A stretch of DNA of 64,000 bases. Origin: Promethearchaeota archaeon (GTDB taxonomy: Archaea; Asgardarchaeota; Lokiarchaeia; Sigyniarchaeales; SOKP01). Both the position numbers and the translations under genes were made by a program. The stretch is from contig JAEOUA010000007.1 of the NCBI GenBank assembly GCA_016839555.1, positions 224,001 to 288,000 of the forward strand, written 5' to 3'. The notes beneath the pieces were generated by a model that saw only the letters and a list, made by a program, of their open reading frames with translations, searched no databases and was not told the DNA's origin. The first letter of the stretch is position 1. Each line of letters starts with the position of its first letter. Below are positions 59,650 to 64,000 of this stretch, piece after piece.

Positions 59650-60420
59650 TTGAAGTACAATAAGATTAAGGAAATATTAGATAATTTCTTTAAAGAAGTC
59701 CAATTGAAAGAGGAAAACGTTAACATCTACATTATAGAAGAATCACCCCTAGATATCTTCGAAGGAAAAACAATAGGAGTCCATATAGATAAATATAAAG
59801 ATATTGTGCTTCAATCTGATACTGGATTAGAGTTAGGAGGGATTAATAAAACATCTTTTTCATTAATTTATCCTATAAAATCTACCAAAAATATTAATAA
59901 CACGAATAAATTAATCATAATAGGTCCAGAAATCAATGAACTTAATTCTTCACAAACTGATTTTGGGCTTTTTATATTATTAACAGTGAAGAATTTATCA
60001 GACGAATTATATGAAAGTTTTCGAAATCTTTCTTTTATATCTAATGGCATTGAGGGTTTTGCAATTAGGAGTATTCCACGCCGATTTTGGTGTCGAATTA
60101 GTCAAAATAGTATAAATAAGAACTTTTCTTTTCAATTCTTAGGAAATGCGATTTTATCTCTTTATAGGCAAAAGTTTGGCAAAGATATCAACTCGATAGA
60201 AATTCTTATGATCACCAAATCCTCCAAATTGATTAATAAGTTTTTAGAGCATACCGCAGAGATTAGTAGTGAACTAAATAATCGATGGAAAGTAAAAGTA
60301 GATAATTGGAAAAAGCGGATTGATTGTGATTATGAATGGGCCTGTGAAATTTGTCCCTATTTTACATCATGTAAAAGTTTGCAAGAAATATTAGAAGAAA
60401 GGAAAAATTTAGAAATATAA
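59650..60420 (+). CDS. Acetyl-CoA synthase beta (CdhC) middle-domain-like protein with C-terminal Cys cluster
   Basis: TGLELGG, IIGPEI, IEGFAIRSIPRRFWCRIS...SFQFLG; C-terminal DCDYEWACEICPYFTSC. Confidence 0.6.
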   Translation: MKYNKIKEILDNFFKEVQLKEENVNIYIIEESPLDIFEGKTIGVHIDKYKDIVLQSDTGLELGGINKTSFSLIYPIKSTKNINNTNKLIIIGPEINELNSSQTDFGLFILLTVKNLSDELYESFRNLSFISNGIEGFAIRSIPRRFWCRISQNSINKNFSFQFLGNAILSLYRQKFGKDINSIEILMITKSSKLINKFLEHTAEISSELNNRWKVKVDNWKKRIDCDYEWACEICPYFTSCKSLQEILEERKNLEI

Positions 60421-60477
60421 TTTTATAGTAAAATAATTAAAATGAGCAGAACATTCTACTAATAATCTGAAGGATCA

Positions 60478-61236
60478 ATGAAAAATCCAAAAATTATTGC
60501 TGTGGTTGGAAAAGGAGGTACTGGAAAGACCGCAATCACTGCTCTAATCGCTAAAGTGTTATCCGAAGATTATAATTATAAATTGCTCCTCATAGATGCG
60601 GATCCAACCCATCCTCATTTAAGCCATATGGTAGAATTGGTTCCTCAAAAATCGCTTGAAGATATAAGGCTGGAAATAATCAAAGAAGCAATGAATAAAA
60701 AGAATAAGCTGGTGAATATAGCGGAAAATGTGGATTTTAAACTTTATAACGCTATTGAGGAAAATAAAAAATTTAGTTTACTTTCAATTGGGAATCCAGA
60801 GACAGCAGGATGCTTTTGTCCTGCTAATTCCTTATTACGGAAAGTAATAGAATCCATTTCTAAAGATTTTGAGATAGTTCTAATAGATTGTGAAGCTGGA
60901 CTGGAGCAAATAAATAGGAGAGTTATTCGTAGCGTGGATGTGATTCTTATAATATCAGATATTTCCATTAGAAGTCTTGAAACCGCTCATTCTATTAAAG
61001 AAATGGCAAAAAAGTTTACTAATTATAAAAAATTAGGAGTTATTCTAAATAAAGTGAGAGGAAACATAGATAGGCTCTTAAATCATATGAATAAATTAAA
61101 TTTACCTCTTCTTGGTGAAATTCCAGAAGATGAGACTATTTTGGATTTTGATTTGGAAGGGAAACCATTAATACAACTATCAAATAATTCTGAGGCGCTT
61201 CTTTCCATTAAAAAAATAGTTAAGGAGTTATTCTAA
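60478..61236 (+). CDS. cooC: CooC/AcsF-type Ni-insertion ATPase
   Basis: GKGGTGKT, IDADP, GCFCP, DCEAGLEQINR, NKV, IPED. Confidence 0.85.
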   Translation: MKNPKIIAVVGKGGTGKTAITALIAKVLSEDYNYKLLLIDADPTHPHLSHMVELVPQKSLEDIRLEIIKEAMNKKNKLVNIAENVDFKLYNAIEENKKFSLLSIGNPETAGCFCPANSLLRKVIESISKDFEIVLIDCEAGLEQINRRVIRSVDVILIISDISIRSLETAHSIKEMAKKFTNYKKLGVILNKVRGNIDRLLNHMNKLNLPLLGEIPEDETILDFDLEGKPLIQLSNNSEALLSIKKIVKELF

Positions 61237-61275
61237 TTTTTAAAAATCTCAATATTAATGTTTTTAAAATAAGGA

Positions 61276-61815
61276 TTATATCTCATTATTATTTAATTCA
61301 ATGAATCTCGGTATAATCTTTAGCGCAATAAAATAAAAAGCAATTGGTGCGGCAAACCATATTAATTGTGGACCCAAGGTTATATTTCCCCCAAAAAATT
61401 GAAATAATAAAGGATTCCAAGGAGTGACAGGATATTCCCAACCACCACTTGCAACAGCTATCATTTCTACGATGAATGAAGAAATTTGACCGTAAATAAG
61501 TAAAACTCCCAATTGGTGAGCATTAAATTTCTCAAAATATGGTTCTTTACAAATTAGGATTATAAACCAATAGCCCAAGAGGAATAATCCACCATCCCAA
61601 AAACTTGCTGAAATCATAATTATAAGGGTCGATAAAAGCGGTGGAAACGGTGCTGGAATAAGGCATAATGGAACTTCCCAAACCAGTCCAAGGAGAAATC
61701 CTACCCAAAAAAGAACCCACGTGAATTTTACAATATAATTTGTCCTATATAAGAGAAAAACAACTAAACAAATGGCGAATCCTGAAAAGTTAACAAAGAA
61801 GGTGAACCAGTTCAA
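61276..61815 (-). CDS. Hypothetical membrane protein (~5 TM)
   Basis: Hydrophobic ORF with LGLVWEVP, SFWDGG and WEYPVTPWNP; SD-like GAGGT upstream of TTG. Confidence 0.65.
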   Translation of the reverse strand: MNWFTFFVNFSGFAICLVVFLLYRTNYIVKFTWVLFWVGFLLGLVWEVPLCLIPAPFPPLLSTLIIMISASFWDGGLFLLGYWFIILICKEPYFEKFNAHQLGVLLIYGQISSFIVEMIAVASGGWEYPVTPWNPLLFQFFGGNITLGPQLIWFAAPIAFYFIALKIIPRFIELNNNEI

Positions 61816-61892
61816 AATTTTTACCTCTTATTTGAAATGTGAAATCATTTGTGATAATTTATAGATTTTATAAAATATAATTAGATACGCTT

Positions 61893-63206
61893 TTACATCA
61901 GAGTTTCTGCGAACATTTTTAGTTTATCTCGAATGATTTTTATGGAGGTAAATCGTTTATCTCCTACATCTAAATCAATTACTAACATTGGAATACCAAC
62001 CTCTTCTCTTAAAGCTTCACGGAGTATTTGGGGAACAGAGCCAAATTGTTTACAGCCAATATGGCTTGTAAAAATGAAACAATCAGCAGAATAATCTTTC
62101 GCCATTTGAATACAGTTTTCTATAAAAGGATAATAGAAATCAGTTGATTCCTTCATCATAGGATAATTCATACCCCGTTTTGCCATATCATAAAACATAG
62201 TATCTAAATCTTTTGAAGTATCTATTAACTCATAAAAATTATAGTTAAAAATATCAAATAAAATACTCATCCCAATTTCACGATCTAACCATTCGCATAA
62301 TGATAAGTCAAAAAATATCAACATGTAGGGCCAAATACTTCTTATTTTTTCTTCTTTACCATATTGTTGTTTTTTTTTATATCTTTGCTTAGCTATCTCC
62401 AAATAATCTTCATAAAATTTTAGTTTTTGTTCTGTTCCTGAAGCAAACACAGTTACACCTGCAGAAATCGCATTAAATATATTTTCTACAGGACAGGGCA
62501 CCGCTTTTCTTAATTCCAATAACTCTAATTGAAGGGGAAATACCTTATTTTCAATTTTAATGTGCCTCTTCAATTTGTCATAATCTGGTTTTTGTCCTAT
62601 AATTTCTCCTAATTTTTCCAAGGCTAATCGTATTTGCTTTCCATAATACCTATAACTTTTTTCTTCATGGAGAAAAGGAATATCTGGGAGGACTAAAGGC
62701 ACATTCTCGTATTCAAAAAAGGGATAACTTGCATATGTATTATCACAAGGCGCTGTTGGTGTAATAATAGCATCAAATTGAAATAAATCATCCAGCGTCA
62801 TTCCCATTGCTCCTTTTTGGGAGGTGCAAGTATGAAAGGGATGTCCCCAGTTTGCCATTAGATCATAATAACGCTCAACCCCATCTGGCAATAATGCTGA
62901 AAGAAGGTATGATGTTCCTTCGATACATACAGGTACACAATCAAAACAGTAAAGATATTCTCTTTGAAAAGCGAAATGATGTCCAATAATGGGAGCTCCC
63001 TCATCAGCTTTTTCCAGAGAATCTTCTACAACCTCTTCTATACATTTAGCCCCTAATTTTAATGATTCGATTTCCCCTTTAGGAAGTATTCTCTCGACAA
63101 GTTCTCTGGTTGAGGCAATACTATTAAGGACCATTTCATAAGGGATTGCTCTATTTTTCTTCATAATAACCCATTTTTTTAGTCTAGTTAAAATTATATT
63201 AATCAA
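61893..63206 (-). CDS. 2-hydroxyacyl-CoA dehydratase family subunit (HgdA/FldB/BcrB-like)
   Basis: HTCTSQKG, TAPCD, DIP, YSADCFIFTSHIGCK, IPMLVIDLDVGD. Likely start at ATG 63164. Confidence 0.85.
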   Translation of the reverse strand: MINIILTRLKKWVIMKKNRAIPYEMVLNSIASTRELVERILPKGEIESLKLGAKCIEEVVEDSLEKADEGAPIIGHHFAFQREYLYCFDCVPVCIEGTSYLLSALLPDGVERYYDLMANWGHPFHTCTSQKGAMGMTLDDLFQFDAIITPTAPCDNTYASYPFFEYENVPLVLPDIPFLHEEKSYRYYGKQIRLALEKLGEIIGQKPDYDKLKRHIKIENKVFPLQLELLELRKAVPCPVENIFNAISAGVTVFASGTEQKLKFYEDYLEIAKQRYKKKQQYGKEEKIRSIWPYMLIFFDLSLCEWLDREIGMSILFDIFNYNFYELIDTSKDLDTMFYDMAKRGMNYPMMKESTDFYYPFIENCIQMAKDYSADCFIFTSHIGCKQFGSVPQILREALREEVGIPMLVIDLDVGDKRFTSIKIIRDKLKMFAETLM

Positions 63207-63999
63207 TCATCTCTATAAATGCTTCAAGCCGAGTTTTTAATCTTGTAGTATCTGCTTGAAAATTTTCTCGATCAAAATTATAAACTGGAATTTTTAACTT
63301 TTTTAACTCATGTTCGAAAAGCATATTATCACAACCATGAAGATCGCAATTATTTATTCGCTGTAAAAGAACTCCATCAATTTTGCCACTTTCTATTTCT
63401 TGCTTAACAAACTCCAGTCTACGAGGATGATCATCCATCATACGGGGACAAGATAATCGATAATAGAGGCGCTCTGTAATCCTTTCTAATGGATTTTTAT
63501 TAGTATCATCTTTTACATCATCAACAATTGTTCGATTCCCAAAACATATATTATCAGAAATGATAACTACTCCCGAATTTTCAATAAGTTCTGTAAATTC
63601 CATATTATCGACTATGCTTCCTAATAATAATATCCGTTTTTTATCGTCCATATCAATTGGTTTTCTTTCCTTCAAATAATTTAATATTCTTTTAAGTTCT
63701 TTATTAGCAATTTCTTTTGGGACAGAACTATTTGCTATTGATATTCTTAATGCTTCAGTTCCCGTTAATTTTGGATGTTCTAATATTCGCAGGTCATAAA
63801 TCTCCCTTAATAATTTGCGATTTTGATTATAAAGTTTTATGGAAGCATTAAGTTTTTCATCCGTTATAGAAACGTCAAATACTTTTTCCATATTATCTTT
63901 TAACTCATTAATTTCATTGCATAACCACTTGAACCCTTCTTGAGAAATAATATGAGGTAAGGAAATATAAAAGCGTGGAACTTGTTTGGTAAAGCCTTC
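63199..63999 (-). CDS. 2-hydroxyacyl-CoA dehydratase family subunit (HgdB/FldC/BcrC-like); 5' truncated by window
   Basis: Frame stays open to the window end (EGFTKQVPRFYISLPH...). RILLLGS, DNICFG, SCPRM, IDGV..NCDLHG, RLKTRLEAFIE. Confidence 0.85.
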   Translation of the reverse strand, partial: EGFTKQVPRFYISLPHIISQEGFKWLCNEINELKDNMEKVFDVSITDEKLNASIKLYNQNRKLLREIYDLRILEHPKLTGTEALRISIANSSVPKEIANKELKRILNYLKERKPIDMDDKKRILLLGSIVDNMEFTELIENSGVVIISDNICFGNRTIVDDVKDDTNKNPLERITERLYYRLSCPRMMDDHPRRLEFVKQEIESGKIDGVLLQRINNCDLHGCDNMLFEHELKKLKIPVYNFDRENFQADTTRLKTRLEAFIEMID

Positions 64000-64000
64000 T

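Noticed and set aside
1-64000. tRNA/rRNA genes, CRISPR arrays, integrases/transposases, defence systems
   Set aside because: None recognised by eye: no cloverleafs, long GC-rich RNA blocks, regular repeat-spacer patterns or recombinase motifs.

Overview
Very AT-rich (roughly one quarter GC by eye), gene-dense chromosomal window with about 56 protein genes. I found no recognisable rRNA, tRNA, CRISPR array or mobile element. The gene set (tandem roadblock protein, three longin-like proteins, HEAT+LRR protein, FG-GAP membrane protein, archaeal aIF1/SUI1, several SCP2 proteins, CCG Fe-S proteins, oligo-T terminators) points to an Asgard archaeon, most likely Lokiarchaeia/Promethearchaeota (inference). 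Main themes: (1) A two-gene unit at 14.4-17.3 kb encodes an MFS transporter fused to a longin domain plus a uDENN/NPRL2-like longin-winged-helix protein, a candidate transporter-coupled nutrient-signalling module. An EamA-AsnC fusion at 35.6 kb follows similar logic. (2) The aIF1 (SUI1) gene has no in-frame ATG/GTG/TTG upstream of its conserved N-terminal Cys motif and probably starts at ATT/ATA, suggesting IF3/eIF1-style autoregulation. (3) Three enzyme modules each carry their own SCP2 lipid-carrier gene: two FAD-oxidoreductase + CCG Fe-S modules and an orphan glycyl radical enzyme. Nearby are a KDSR-like SDR, a CrtC-like hydratase, FixCX, an ILVBL-like ThDP enzyme and a B12 radical SAM protein, suggesting anaerobic lipid processing. 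All product calls come from motif recognition only; no searches were run.
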